From Alphaproteobacteria bacterium (GTDB taxonomy: Bacteria; Pseudomonadota; Alphaproteobacteria; CAISOG01): DNA of 64,000 nucleotides. Shown here one piece after another: positions 1 to 9,857 of the stretch (position 1 is the first letter of the stretch; the number at the start of each line of letters is the position of its first letter). The DNA lies in the NCBI GenBank assembly GCA_044375625.1, contig JBILMH010000001.1, positions 8,667-72,666 on the forward strand. The letters run 5' to 3'. The translations under genes were made by a program, and so were the position numbers. The notes under the pieces were generated by a model. It did no database searches, was not told the origin of the DNA, and saw nothing but the letters and a program-made list of their open reading frames with translations.

Positions 1-334
1 CACGCTGGATCCCGCCCGCCACCAGCTGTTGCAACTTGCTTCGCAGGTGCGAGATAAGTTGGCGGCGCGTGGCTATGACACGGGGCAGTCAACGACCCAA
101 ATCGTGCCGCTGTTGGTGAGGGGGGAGGAGGACGCCTTGCAGCTGAGTCATCAATTGCGGCAGGCTGGCATCATCGCCCCCGCTATCCGCCCGCCGACGG
201 TGCCGCCCAATCAATCGCGCCTGCGTTTAGCCCTGACCGCCGCCCATCAACCCCAGGATTTGGATAAGCTGTGGCAGGCGTTGGATAGGTTATCTCCGCC
301 CAGGTTATCTGCTGCTAAGGAGGGGATGGCATGA
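1..334 (+). CDS. bioF: 8-amino-7-oxononanoate synthase, C-terminal part (5' end lies upstream of the window)
   Basis: C-terminal BioF/AONS-like sequence (…IVPLLVRGEE…IRPPTVPPNQSRLRLALTAAH…). The ORF runs off the window start, and bioH and bioC follow immediately downstream. Confidence 0.7.
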   Translation, partial: TLDPARHQLLQLASQVRDKLAARGYDTGQSTTQIVPLLVRGEEDALQLSHQLRQAGIIAPAIRPPTVPPNQSRLRLALTAAHQPQDLDKLWQALDRLSPPRLSAAKEGMA

Positions 335-1080
335 CCATCGACAAAAGCATCAGCAACGCTGCAAGCAACCCCAAACCGACCATCGTGTTGGCGCATGGGT
401 GGGGCAGTGGGGCACAATGTTGGCAGGGGTTGATGCCCTTTCTGGCCGACTATCCCGTGCAGCTGGTCGATTTTGGCTATACCGGCACGCCCGATGCCGA
501 TAACCATCCCCCCGTCATTCCTGAGGGGCAGCCCTGGATCGGGGTGGGGCACTCCATGGGGGTGATGTGGCTGTTGGAGCAGCAGGCCAAACGGTTGCAA
601 CAGGGGGATAGCGGGTTGCAAGGCTTGGTCAGCCTGTATGGTTTCAGCCGCTTTGTCGCAAACCCGAATGACCCCCAGGATTGGCCGCACGGTATCCCGA
701 CCAAACATTTGGCACCGATGCGTGCCCATCTGCCCCACAACCCGCTTGAGCTGTTGAGCGGCTTTTATAAAGCGGCGGGCAGCCCGCGTCAGCCGCCCGC
801 GACTGTTGATGGTCACGCCCTGCACCAGGGGTTGCAGTGGCTTGAGGATTGGGATCATCGTAACACTCTGCGTAATCTTAAGGTGCCCGTGCTGGCGGTG
901 GCGGCGCAGGCAGATCCGATCGTGCCCGCCGCCCTGTCACAGGCCAGCTTTGCCGACCACGACCATGTCACCCTGCATTGGGAATCGCACGGCCGCCATG
1001 CGTTGCCAGAGGATGCCGCGGACTGGCAGCCGTTGGCGGAAAAGCTTATCGCCTTTTTTCGGCGGTTGCCCCCATGCTAA
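331..1080 (+). CDS. bioH: alpha/beta-hydrolase, pimeloyl-ACP methyl ester esterase BioH-like
   Basis: The HGWG oxyanion motif and the GHSMG nucleophile elbow are present. The start overlaps the bioF stop (ATGA), and the gene sits between bioF and bioC. Confidence 0.75.
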   Translation: MTIDKSISNAASNPKPTIVLAHGWGSGAQCWQGLMPFLADYPVQLVDFGYTGTPDADNHPPVIPEGQPWIGVGHSMGVMWLLEQQAKRLQQGDSGLQGLVSLYGFSRFVANPNDPQDWPHGIPTKHLAPMRAHLPHNPLELLSGFYKAAGSPRQPPATVDGHALHQGLQWLEDWDHRNTLRNLKVPVLAVAAQADPIVPAALSQASFADHDHVTLHWESHGRHALPEDAADWQPLAEKLIAFFRRLPPC

Positions 1081-1907
1081 AATCGGCGGTGGCGCACAAT
1101 TTTGGTCTGGCAAGCCCCCACTATGATGCTCAGGCCAGATTGCAGGCGTTGGTGGCGCAGCAATTGGCGCAGGCGATTTTGGCCAGCCATCCTGCATCAG
1201 GGCTAAGCGTGTTGGAAATCGGTGGCGGCACGGGGGGGCTGACCCGCCACCTGCTGCCCACCCTCTGCCCCGCTATGTATCTGTTCAGCGATTTATCCTG
1301 GCCAATGGTGCGGCGGGCACAATGGCCGCCTGAATATGACGCGCTAGGGGAAAAGAGGGCGGTGCCACCCCCCTATCGGCTGGTAATGGATGGGGAGCTG
1401 CCCGCCCTGCCGCCTGCCAGCATTGATTTGGTGGTCAGCAGCCTGGCGGTGCAATGGTTCAGCCAGCCCGCCCTTAGTCTGCCTGGCCTGTTGCGCGTGC
1501 TGAAGCCTGGGGGGCAGCTATGGGTTAGCACGCTGGTGCAGGGCAGTTTTGATCAATGGCGGCACGATTGTGAGCAGGCGGCATTATCGGCGGGGATTAT
1601 CCCCCTGCTTAGTGAGGCGCAGTTGGTTACTCTGTTATCGGATCACGGCTCCCCAACCAAAGGCTCCCAAGTAGAAGGACAAGTGCCAGGTCACGCAAAA
1701 GGTCAGGTAACCGGCCAAGTGCATAAGATACGGCGTTTCTATCCCAGCGCCCTGGCGTTTTTGCAGAATCTACGCGCCATCGGGGCGCATCATCCCGCCG
1801 CCGCCCATCGCCCCGTCAACGCGGGTCGGTTGCGCCAGCTGCTAAAAACCCTGCCCACCCCCTATCCCGTGGATTATCACGTGTGGATCGGGTGTGTGAC
1901 GGTTTGA
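1074..1907 (+). CDS. bioC: malonyl-ACP O-methyltransferase BioC (SAM-dependent MTase)
   Basis: SAM-binding motif VLEIGGGTGGLT. The in-frame ATG at 1074 overlaps the bioH stop. The gene contains an unusual Gln/Gly/Val-rich insertion (…EGQVPGHAKGQVTGQV…). Confidence 0.7.
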   Translation: MLKSAVAHNFGLASPHYDAQARLQALVAQQLAQAILASHPASGLSVLEIGGGTGGLTRHLLPTLCPAMYLFSDLSWPMVRRAQWPPEYDALGEKRAVPPPYRLVMDGELPALPPASIDLVVSSLAVQWFSQPALSLPGLLRVLKPGGQLWVSTLVQGSFDQWRHDCEQAALSAGIIPLLSEAQLVTLLSDHGSPTKGSQVEGQVPGHAKGQVTGQVHKIRRFYPSALAFLQNLRAIGAHHPAAAHRPVNAGRLRQLLKTLPTPYPVDYHVWIGCVTV

Positions 1908-1970
1908 TGGATGTGACGGATTCACCCTTATGCTGTCATTTGCTTAGCCTGAGGCGGGTTACCAGAGTTT

Positions 1971-2306
1971 TTACAGCGCGGCATCCTGTGGCTGATATTG
2001 GTACGGGGGGCGCTGTTTGATGGTGCGCTTAATTTCTTCCTCGATTTGCTCGCTAGCCAGATCAAGTTCATAGCGTTTTTGCAGGTTCATCCAAAAGGCG
2101 GCGGAAACCCCAAGCCATTGTTGCAGGCGAAGGGCGGTGTCGGCCGTCATGGAGCGTTTGCCAGCCAGCAACTGATAAATCCGATTGGCGGGCACATGCA
2201 GCTCCCGCGCCAGCTCGGCTGGTGACATGTTCAGCTCGGCCAGCTCATCACCCAGGATGGTGCCAGGGTGGATTGGGTAGATGGGTCGTTTTTCTGGTGC
2301 GGTCAT
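1971..2306 (-). CDS. higA: HigA-family antitoxin (XRE-type HTH, addiction module antidote)
   Basis: HTH region …MSPAELARELHVPANRIYQLLAGKRSMTADTALRL…, lying directly downstream of a HigB-like ORF. Confidence 0.8.
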   Translation of the reverse strand: MTAPEKRPIYPIHPGTILGDELAELNMSPAELARELHVPANRIYQLLAGKRSMTADTALRLQQWLGVSAAFWMNLQKRYELDLASEQIEEEIKRTIKQRPPYQYQPQDAAL

Positions 2307-2316
2307 GTTGTTCTCC

Positions 2317-2619
2317 TTAATGGTAATCGACGATTTCGATGTTGAAGGGCTTTATGTGATCGTCAGGCCACTCAAAGCAGATGCGCCATTTTTGGTTTAT
2401 GCGGATGCTGTATTGCCCCTTACGGTTGCCGCCTAAGGCCTCAAAACGGTTGCTCGGTAACTGCATTAAGTCTTCACGGGATTGCGCATCCTCCAGAATT
2501 GCTAGGCGTTTCTTTGCTTGCTCCTCAAATCCCTGAAACGTTTTAACCCGCTCGCCCGCAACAAAAGCCGCTGTGCGCTTATCCCTACAGGAGAGTGGTT
2601 TTGGTTTATCCTCCGACAT
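2317..2619 (-). CDS. higB: HigB-family toxin (RelE/ParE superfamily, plasmid maintenance system killer)
   Basis: ~100-aa protein with the HigB-like end …WRICFEWPDDHIKPFNIEIVDYH, placed upstream of the higA-like gene in the same orientation. Confidence 0.75.
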   Translation of the reverse strand: MSEDKPKPLSCRDKRTAAFVAGERVKTFQGFEEQAKKRLAILEDAQSREDLMQLPSNRFEALGGNRKGQYSIRINQKWRICFEWPDDHIKPFNIEIVDYH

Positions 2620-2782
2620 ATGTTCAATATGGCAAAAAAGACGTGATACGTCAAGCGTCTAGCTTTTCCTGTTGCCACCCACATATCGGCAATCCAAAGG
2701 ATTGGCCTTAAGAAATGTTTATGGTAATGGTCGGGAATTCAACAACCCTGTTTATCATCTCAAAAAGTTTAAGTTGCCGACC

Positions 2783-3343
2783 ATGTTTATCCAAACCGAA
2801 TCCACCCCCAATCCCAACAGCCTGAAATTCATTCCGGGTCAACCGGTTATGGCGGATGGGACGGCCGATTTCCGCGAGGCGGCTAAGGCCAAACAATCGC
2901 CGCTGGCCAACCGCCTGTTCCGCATTGACGGCGTGGTGGGCGTGTATTTGGGCGGCGATTTTATTACGGTGACTAAGCAGGATGGGGACGACTGGCTGCT
3001 GCTGAAACCCGCCATTATCGGGGCGATTATGGATCATTACAGCAGTGGCGATGTGGCGGTTGCCGCCGATTCTGCCGCCCCTGCGACAGCTGGTGAGGCC
3101 GCTGAGGATAGCGACCTGGTTACCCAAATTAAGGAAGTGTTGGACAGCCGCGTTCGCCCCGCCGTGGCCATGGATGGCGGCGACATCATCTTTGACCGTT
3201 TTGAGGATGGCATTGTTTATTTGTATTTGCAGGGGGCTTGTTCCGGCTGCCCCAGCTCCTCCGCGACCTTGAAAAACGGCATCGAAAACATGCTGCGCTA
3301 TTATGTGCCAGAGGTGGAGGAGGTGCGGGCATCCAACCAATAG
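2783..3343 (+). CDS. NifU/Nfu-family Fe-S cluster scaffold protein (Nfu_N + NifU C-terminal domain)
   Basis: The start MFIQTESTPNPNSLKF is typical of Nfu_N. The C-terminal NifU domain carries the CxxC motif (LQGACSGCPSS). Confidence 0.8.
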   Translation: MFIQTESTPNPNSLKFIPGQPVMADGTADFREAAKAKQSPLANRLFRIDGVVGVYLGGDFITVTKQDGDDWLLLKPAIIGAIMDHYSSGDVAVAADSAAPATAGEAAEDSDLVTQIKEVLDSRVRPAVAMDGGDIIFDRFEDGIVYLYLQGACSGCPSSSATLKNGIENMLRYYVPEVEEVRASNQ

Positions 3344-3364
3344 GTTGCGCGCATCTTAGCAGTC

Positions 3365-3688
3365 ATGCCCCCCGTTTTGCCCCATCCAAACCCCAACCCC
3401 CTGACCCTGAACATTGACACAGCGGGGGAGACTTGTCGGCTGTGGCTGACGACTGCGGATGGCGCGGTGGTGGCACAGCGGGCGGAGTTGGTTGGCAAGC
3501 ATCACGAAAGCCACCTGTTGCCCCTGTTGCGCCAATTGTTGGATCAGGCGGCGGTTGGATTGCCCGATTTGGGCGGGGTGACGGTGGTGGCCAGCCCTGG
3601 TTCCTATACCAGCCTGCGCGTCGGGGTGGCCAGCGCCAAGGCTCTCGCTTTCGCCCTCAACCTGCCGCTACAGCTGCAAACCGCCTGA
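3365..3688 (+). CDS. tsaB: tRNA threonylcarbamoyladenosine biosynthesis protein TsaB (YeaZ), N-terminal domain only / truncated
   Basis: The YeaZ-like N-terminus is present (…LNIDTAGETC…GVTVVASPGSYTSLRVGVASAKALAFALNLPL). The ORF stops after 107 aa, and degP starts ~80 bp downstream. Confidence 0.5.
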   Translation: MPPVLPHPNPNPLTLNIDTAGETCRLWLTTADGAVVAQRAELVGKHHESHLLPLLRQLLDQAAVGLPDLGGVTVVASPGSYTSLRVGVASAKALAFALNLPLQLQTA

Positions 3689-3771
3689 TGGGGGTGGGGT
3701 AAGTACAACTACCACCCCCGTCATCCTCACCCTTGCCAAGCTAATGACTTTTTCGGTAACAGTTTTGGGTT

Positions 3772-5208
3772 ATGATGGCTATGATGAACCGATGGAATCG
3801 CCCGACAGTGGTTTTTTGCATGGCGTTGGCTTTGGCCTTTGCCACCCTGGGGCATGGCCAGATGGTGGGGCAGGCGGTGGCGCAAACCGTGCCCACCAGC
3901 CGTCAACAAGTACAGCTGAGTTTTTCCCCGATTGTTAAGCAGACTGCCCCCGCGGTGGTCAATATCTATGCCAAAAGGGTGGTTAAATCCCGCCTTAACC
4001 CGATGCTGAACGACCCGATTTTTCAAAAATTTTTCGGCAACAGTTTGATGTTTGGCCTGCCGCGTGAACGGATTGAAAATTCGTTGGGCTCTGGGGTCAT
4101 TATTCGTGCCGACGGTCAAATCGTTACCAACTATCATGTGGTGGAATCCAGTGATGAGATCACGGTGGTGTTGGCCGACCGCCGCGAATTTCCTGCCAAA
4201 GTCACTTATGGGGATAAGCGGATTGATCTGGCCTTTTTGAAAATTGAGGCTGGCAATGTGCCCTATGTGGAATTGGCGGATTCGGATGCGGCCGAGGTGG
4301 GGGATGCGGTGTTGGCCATCGGTAATCCCTTTGGCGTGGGGCAAACGGTCACGATGGGCATTATTTCTGCGTTGGCACGAACCGCGGGCGGCATTTCTGA
4401 CCTGAACTTTTTTATTCAGACCGATGCCGCCATCAACCCGGGCAACTCCGGCGGGGCGTTGGTGGATTTGAATGGGCGATTGCTGGGCATCAATACCGCC
4501 ATTTTCAGCCGTGATGGTGGATCCAACGGCATTGGATTTGCGATTCCTGCCAACATGCTGCGCGCCACTGTTGCCTCCTTAGAAAAAAATGGGCGGGTGG
4601 TGCGGCCATGGCTGGGGCTTAGTGGTCAGCCCGTCACCGCCGAAATTGCCAACAGCCTGGGGCTTAGTCGCCCGACTGGTGTGGTGGTGGCCAGGGTGGT
4701 TCGGGATGGTCCCGCCGCCACCGCTGGCCTCAAAAGCGGCGATGTGATTTACGCGGTTGAGAATAAAGAGGTTACCGATCTGGAATCCCTGCGTTTCTAT
4801 GTATCGACCGCTAAGCCCACGGGGTCGGTACGGCTGTCGATCATTCGCCAGCAACGGCAGCTTAATCTAGCCATGCCGTTGCAACCTGCGCCAGAAAATC
4901 CCCCCCGCCAGGAAACCAAGCTGGCTGGGCGTACCCCCCTGACGGGTGCCACCGTGGTCAATCTGTCGCCAGCGGTTGCCGAGGAATATGGTTTTGCCAG
5001 CGATCAGGGGGTGGCGGTGATCAAGACGGATCAGGGGACGCCCGCCGAACAGTTGGATCTGCGCGCTGGCGACATTGTGTTGGCGATCAATGGCGTGGAG
5101 GTGGATTCGGTGGCCAGCCTGCGGGATTTGGTTAAGGAGCCCAATCGCGGCTGGCAAATCACTGTTCGCCGCGGTGCCGACGTGCTGAATGTGGTGGTCA
5201 GGGGCTAG
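3772..5208 (+). CDS. degP: periplasmic serine endoprotease DegP/HtrA family (trypsin domain + 2 PDZ)
   Basis: N-terminal signal peptide, the catalytic motif GNSGGALVDLNGRLLGINTAIF, and two PDZ-like C-terminal regions. Confidence 0.9.
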   Translation: MMAMMNRWNRPTVVFCMALALAFATLGHGQMVGQAVAQTVPTSRQQVQLSFSPIVKQTAPAVVNIYAKRVVKSRLNPMLNDPIFQKFFGNSLMFGLPRERIENSLGSGVIIRADGQIVTNYHVVESSDEITVVLADRREFPAKVTYGDKRIDLAFLKIEAGNVPYVELADSDAAEVGDAVLAIGNPFGVGQTVTMGIISALARTAGGISDLNFFIQTDAAINPGNSGGALVDLNGRLLGINTAIFSRDGGSNGIGFAIPANMLRATVASLEKNGRVVRPWLGLSGQPVTAEIANSLGLSRPTGVVVARVVRDGPAATAGLKSGDVIYAVENKEVTDLESLRFYVSTAKPTGSVRLSIIRQQRQLNLAMPLQPAPENPPRQETKLAGRTPLTGATVVNLSPAVAEEYGFASDQGVAVIKTDQGTPAEQLDLRAGDIVLAINGVEVDSVASLRDLVKEPNRGWQITVRRGADVLNVVVRG

Positions 5209-5323
5209 GGAAAAGCGGTTAGTAGTGGGCACTGCACAATCATTCGGCACAGGCTTAAGTATGTGTAAGCTGACGCCCGTGAATGCTGGTGTATGATTTA
5301 TAACTTTTTTCTTATTTTGTTCT

Positions 5324-5360
5324 TGACAGCATGGCTAGTAGGCGCAATATGGTATCAGTT
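5324..5360 (+). promoter_or_regulatory. putative sigma70-like promoter upstream of phasin gene (TTGACA …16-19 nt… CAATAT/TATGGT)
   Basis: A TTGACA hexamer followed by an AT-rich -10 candidate lies ~95 bp upstream of the start. There is also a strong RBS (AAGGAGAG) at -12. Confidence 0.35.
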
Positions 5361-5453
5361 GTTGCGCCGCACCATTTTCGTGGAATGCGAAAAAATGATG
5401 TGGGGCATCAGGCCTAGCTTTATACCCATTTGCTCTAATTTAAGGAGAGACTA

Positions 5454-5996
5454 ATGACCAACAACAACACTTCAGCCAAAACAAAGGCTGCCGAAGCTCT
5501 TAGCGCGACCACCCAGGAAGCCATTCAGGGCGCCATCGCCAACGGTGTTAAAGCCGCCCAAACTTCTGGTGCCGAAGCTGCCAAAGCTGCCACCAAAATC
5601 GTCAACCTGGTTGCCCAAAACACCAGCAAGGCCAATTCAACCATGGTTGAATCCTTTGACGGTATGTCCAGCTTTATGCGTGAAAACCTGAACGCTATCA
5701 GCAAATCCAGCGCCGACCTGATTGCCGGTTGCGAAAACATTCTGAAGCAGTGCTTTAACTTTGCTCAAAGCCAGTTGGAATCCAGCCTTAGCGCTCAAAA
5801 AGACCTGGTTAACTGCAAAAACCTGCGTGATGTTTTTGAAACTCAGGCTGAATTTGCGCGCAATTCCTATGAGCAAAGCGTTAGCGAAATGACCAAAATT
5901 TCCGAAAGCTTGATCAAAATCACCAACCAGTCAGCTGAGCCAATTCAAGCGCGCATCAACGTGTCGATTGAAAAAGCGTTCAAATCTGCTGCCTAG
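5454..5996 (+). CDS. phasin-family protein (PHA granule-associated)
   Basis: ~180-aa Ala/Lys/Gln-rich helical protein with an alphaproteobacterial phasin-like layout. It has a strong RBS and a rho-independent terminator. Confidence 0.6.
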   Translation: MTNNNTSAKTKAAEALSATTQEAIQGAIANGVKAAQTSGAEAAKAATKIVNLVAQNTSKANSTMVESFDGMSSFMRENLNAISKSSADLIAGCENILKQCFNFAQSQLESSLSAQKDLVNCKNLRDVFETQAEFARNSYEQSVSEMTKISESLIKITNQSAEPIQARINVSIEKAFKSAA

Positions 5997-6019
5997 GCGG
6001 TTTTAACCAATCCCCGAAG

Positions 6020-6056
6020 GGGGCTGGAGGTGTTTGCCTCCGGCCCCTTTTTTTTG
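6020..6056 (+). terminator. rho-independent terminator (GGGGCTGGAGG-tgtttg-CCTCCGGCCCC + T8)
   Basis: An 11-bp GC-rich stem, a 6-nt loop and a run of 8 T, immediately after the phasin stop codon. Confidence 0.8.
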
Positions 6057-6091
6057 TACCATCGAAATCCGTAGAACTTTTCTTAAAGGTC

Positions 6092-6478
6092 ATGGTGTTG
6101 GTAAGCGTGATGCGCCCGCTGCTACCGCAATTGCAAGTCCAGCTGCAAGCCAGCCTGCCCCCCAATGCGCCTCCCCATTTGGGGCAGCAGCAGGATACCG
6201 CGACCAAGCCGCGCGAACGCCTGAAAAAACCGCCGCTGTATCGCGTGTTGCTGCTGAACGACGATTTTACCCCGATGGACTTTGTTGTTGATATTCTGGA
6301 AACTATTTTCCGCAAAAATCATGAGGAGGCTACGATCGTCATGTTGCATGTTCACAATCATGGGGTGGGGGTTTGCGGTATCTACAGCTGTGAGGTGGCG
6401 GAAAGTAAGGTGCAGCAGGTGTTGGACTATGCGCACGCCTTTGGCCATCCATTGCGCTGCACGATGGAGCGGGCATAG
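6092..6478 (+). CDS. clpS: ATP-dependent Clp protease adaptor ClpS
   Basis: Conserved core [28 protein letters not shown]…. It lies directly upstream of clpA. Confidence 0.9.
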   Translation: MVLVSVMRPLLPQLQVQLQASLPPNAPPHLGQQQDTATKPRERLKKPPLYRVLLLNDDFTPMDFVVDILETIFRKNHEEATIVMLHVHNHGVGVCGIYSCEVAESKVQQVLDYAHAFGHPLRCTMERA

Positions 6479-6508
6479 GAAAAGATTTTTGCAACAGGGG
6501 GGTAACCA

Positions 6509-8869
6509 ATGTTAAGCCGTAATTTAGAAAGAACGCTGCATCGCGCGTTGGATTTTGCCACTCAACGGTACCATGAGTTTGCCACGCTGGAACATTTGTT
6601 GCTGGCGCTGACCGATGATCCAGAGGCGGTGGCGGTCATGCGTGGTTGCCATTTGGATCTGGCCAAGCTGCAACAAGATCTGAAGACCTATATCGATGGC
6701 GAACTGGCCAATTTGGTTAATCGACAAATTAAGGAATCTAAGCCAACGGCGGGCTTTCAACGGGCGGTGCAGCGTGCGGTTATCCATGTACAGTCCGCCA
6801 GCCGCAGTGAGGTGACGGGGGCAGACCTGTTGGTTGCGATGTTTTCTGAACGGGAATCGCACGCGGTGTATTTCCTGCAAAGCCAGGATGTTACCCGTTT
6901 CGATGTGGTCAACTTTTTGTCGCATGGCATCAGCAAATCTTCTGCTGGCCATCGCGATGCCGCCAGCAAGCCCGCCGATCATCAGCAGGAGGAGGGGGGT
7001 AGCCCGTCGGAGCGTCCGCATCGCCGCACCCCCAGCGCGCTGGAATCCTATACCACCAACCTGAACGAACGGGCGGCAGCGGGCAAAATTGATGTGCTGA
7101 TTGGTCGTGAAGCGGAGCTGGAACGGACAATTCATATTTTGTGCCGCCGTACCAAAAACAATCCGTTGTTTGTCGGCGATCCGGGGGTGGGCAAAACCGC
7201 CCTGGCGGAGGGATTGGCGTTGAAGATTGTGGCGGGGGATGTACCCGAAAAGCTAAAGCCCGCGGTCATTTACGCGCTGGACATGGGAGCATTGCTGGCG
7301 GGAACCCGCTATCGCGGTGATTTTGAGGAGCGGTTGAAAACCGTCATGAGTGAGCTGGCCGCCAAAGACATGGCGATTTTGTTTATTGATGAGATTCACA
7401 CCGTGATCGGGGCAGGCGCCACCAGTGGCGGCGCGATGGATGCCTCAAACATCCTGAAACCCGCGCTGGCCAAGGGTTCATTGCGCTGTATGGGATCGAC
7501 CACTTACCAAGAATTTCGCAACCATATTGAAAAGGATCGCGCCCTGGCGCGTCGGTTCCAGAAAATTGATATTCCCGAACCCAGCCCTGGCGATACGTTG
7601 GCGATCCTGCGCGGCCTTAGCGGTGCCTATGAAACCTATCACCATGTGCGTTTTGATCCGCCCGCGTTGCAGGCGGCCATCGACCTATCCACCCGCTATA
7701 TCCACGACCGCAAGCTGCCCGATAAGGCCATCGACGTGTTGGATGAGGCTGGCGCGGCGGCGCACCTGGCCAACAAAAAGGGCGCGACCAGCACGGCTAA
7801 GCGTCGCCGCCTGGTAACGGTGGCCGATGTGGAAAAGGTGGTGGCCAGAATGGCGCGGGTGCCCGCCAAACAGGTGACGCATGATGATAGAACCCAGCTG
7901 ATTCAGCTGGAACGCAACCTGAAAACCATGGTGTTCGGCCAGGATCAGGCGATTTTGGAGCTGTCGGCGGCGATAAAGCTGTCACGGGCAGGCCTGCGTG
8001 ATGGTGAAAAACCGATAGGCAGCTATCTGTTTTCGGGGCCAACCGGCGTTGGTAAGACGGAGGTGGCGCGGCAATTGTCCAAAGCCTTGGGCATTGAATT
8101 GGTGCGCTTTGATATGTCGGAATATATGGAACGCCACAGCATTGCGCGGCTGATTGGGGCGCCGCCAGGCTATGTTGGCTTTGAACAGGGGGGGCTGCTG
8201 TCGGACGCCATCGACCAACACCCGCACTGCGTGTTGTTGCTGGACGAAATCGAAAAGGCGCATCCCGACCTGTTCAATTTGTTGTTGCAGGTGATGGACT
8301 ATGGAAAATTGACCGACCACAACGGCCGCCATGTCAGCTTTCGCAACGTCATTTTGATCATGACCACCAACGCTGGCGCGGCCGACTTGGCCAAACCCGC
8401 CATTGGTTTTGCCCATAACAGCAGGGAAGGGGACGATAAGGAGGCGATCAACCGCCTGTTTACGCCAGAGTTCCGCAACCGACTGGACGCGGTGATTCCC
8501 TTTGCCGCGCTTAGCCCCGCCGCGATTGAACGCATTGTCGATAAGTTCATCATGCAGCTGGAAATGCAGTTGCAGGAGCGCAACGTCACCATTGATTTGA
8601 ATAAGGAGGCGCGCGCCTATCTGGCGACCCATGGGGTGGAGCCTGGCTTTGGCGCCCGCCCAATGGCGCGGTTGATTCAGCAGGAGATTAAACAGCCGCT
8701 GGCGGAGGAGTTGTTGTTCGGGCGGCTGGCCAAGGGCGGCATGGTGCGGGTAACGGTTAAGGATGGCCGCCTGCACTTCATCTATCCCGACCTGCCCGTG
8801 CCATCAACAGGTGGCGAGGGCGAAAAACCGCTGCGTGCCAAGCGCAAACCCACCACTGTTCCTCGTTAG
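6509..8869 (+). CDS. clpA: ATP-dependent Clp protease ATP-binding subunit ClpA
   Basis: N-terminal Clp_N repeats. Two AAA+ modules (GDPGVGKTA and GPTGVGKTE Walker A motifs). ClpA-specific length and position after clpS. Confidence 0.95.
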   Translation: MLSRNLERTLHRALDFATQRYHEFATLEHLLLALTDDPEAVAVMRGCHLDLAKLQQDLKTYIDGELANLVNRQIKESKPTAGFQRAVQRAVIHVQSASRSEVTGADLLVAMFSERESHAVYFLQSQDVTRFDVVNFLSHGISKSSAGHRDAASKPADHQQEEGGSPSERPHRRTPSALESYTTNLNERAAAGKIDVLIGREAELERTIHILCRRTKNNPLFVGDPGVGKTALAEGLALKIVAGDVPEKLKPAVIYALDMGALLAGTRYRGDFEERLKTVMSELAAKDMAILFIDEIHTVIGAGATSGGAMDASNILKPALAKGSLRCMGSTTYQEFRNHIEKDRALARRFQKIDIPEPSPGDTLAILRGLSGAYETYHHVRFDPPALQAAIDLSTRYIHDRKLPDKAIDVLDEAGAAAHLANKKGATSTAKRRRLVTVADVEKVVARMARVPAKQVTHDDRTQLIQLERNLKTMVFGQDQAILELSAAIKLSRAGLRDGEKPIGSYLFSGPTGVGKTEVARQLSKALGIELVRFDMSEYMERHSIARLIGAPPGYVGFEQGGLLSDAIDQHPHCVLLLDEIEKAHPDLFNLLLQVMDYGKLTDHNGRHVSFRNVILIMTTNAGAADLAKPAIGFAHNSREGDDKEAINRLFTPEFRNRLDAVIPFAALSPAAIERIVDKFIMQLEMQLQERNVTIDLNKEARAYLATHGVEPGFGARPMARLIQQEIKQPLAEELLFGRLAKGGMVRVTVKDGRLHFIYPDLPVPSTGGEGEKPLRAKRKPTTVPR

Positions 8870-9047
8870 GGGATGGGGGTGGAGTAGGGCACTTTGCAAC
8901 CCTTGCCATAGCGTACAATTTTAAAAAGCTTCTGTTGACTTTATCTATTTAATAGATTATATATTTTATATGAAGCATTAATAGCATTTTTTATGAGTAA
9001 GTCTTAATATTAAAATGCATTATTGGATTAATTGATGGGTAAAAAAA

Positions 9048-9857
9048 ATGAATAAAAGTTTTTTGAACAAAAATAATGTATTAATTGTTCCAATGGAACC
9101 TAGCAAGGAACAAATAGACTGGCTTGCTTTTAGGTGGGGTCATGTTAGAGATTATGAAGAGAATTTTGATAAACCTCTTCAAGAATTCAAAAATCTACCT
9201 CCGAATACAACGCAATTGTTTGTCATGTGTATGGCAGCGGAGGGTTGGAATGTTGAAAAAGCAATTTTTCGTCTAAATGAATTTGGCATTAATGATGCAA
9301 ATGCGATCGCGGCCGCTCAAAAAGATCTAGGTTTGTGCGATAATAATAACTTATTAGATGGAAAAGCTGTAAAAATAACAATGCCGTGTTTTATAGCGGT
9401 CGATTTAGTTGCGAATTCAAAAAAACTTTTAGAAGATGCCATCAAAAAATGCCCTGACTTTTTAAAAAAAGTGGATCTAAGATGTTCCAATATGCCAAAT
9501 ACTATTTTGCGACGTGCGGATCTTACAGAGACTGATTTCGAGGGAGCAAATCTTAAAGGTGCCGATTTACGTGAAGCAAACCTAGAAAAAGCTGTTTTGT
9601 GGAAAGCAAAAATGGTTTTTGCAAGAATAGGGCGCGGTATTGTTAATTCTAAGACGAATTTTACTGGGGTAAATCTTAGTGGTGTAACCAATTTACCATG
9701 GAATCCTGAGGTCAATCGCTTTGGTTATGTGTTTGCCAGAGGGGTTGATCGTACAACACGTCAGCAGATGTATGGCGAGGATAAACTCATAGGGGGACTG
9801 TCCAACATTTTAGAGGCGGGAAATAATGTGCTTAAGGCTTTTGGCCTTAACCGTTAG
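9048..9857 (+). CDS. pentapeptide-repeat protein (unique N-terminal domain + C-terminal pentapeptide block), AT-rich island
   Basis: The C-terminal part reads …ADLTETDFEGANLKGADLREANLEKAVL…. The gene body and its upstream region are ~35% GC, far below the flanking genes. Confidence 0.7.
   Translation: MNKSFLNKNNVLIVPMEPSKEQIDWLAFRWGHVRDYEENFDKPLQEFKNLPPNTTQLFVMCMAAEGWNVEKAIFRLNEFGINDANAIAAAQKDLGLCDNNNLLDGKAVKITMPCFIAVDLVANSKKLLEDAIKKCPDFLKKVDLRCSNMPNTILRRADLTETDFEGANLKGADLREANLEKAVLWKAKMVFARIGRGIVNSKTNFTGVNLSGVTNLPWNPEVNRFGYVFARGVDRTTRQQMYGEDKLIGGLSNILEAGNNVLKAFGLNR

Noticed and set aside
978-1073. Upstream extension of bioC ORF to 978 (MGIARPPCVARG…)
   Set aside because: The extension overlaps the 3' end of bioH in another frame and translates to Cys/Arg-rich nonsense. 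The in-frame ATG at 1074 with an ATGCTAA stop/start overlap is the likely start.
3727-4344. 205-aa minus-strand ORF overlapping degP 5' region
   Set aside because: It is antisense to the well-supported degP and has no recognisable motif.
5209-5453. Possible tRNA/ncRNA in intergenic gaps (5209-5453, 19040-19285, 24540-24783, 62068-62525)
   Set aside because: By eye I found no cloverleaf-compatible segments with a TΨC box (GTTCRA), and no RNase P, SRP or tmRNA signature motifs. This cannot be excluded without a covariance-model scan (tRNAscan-SE/Infernal).
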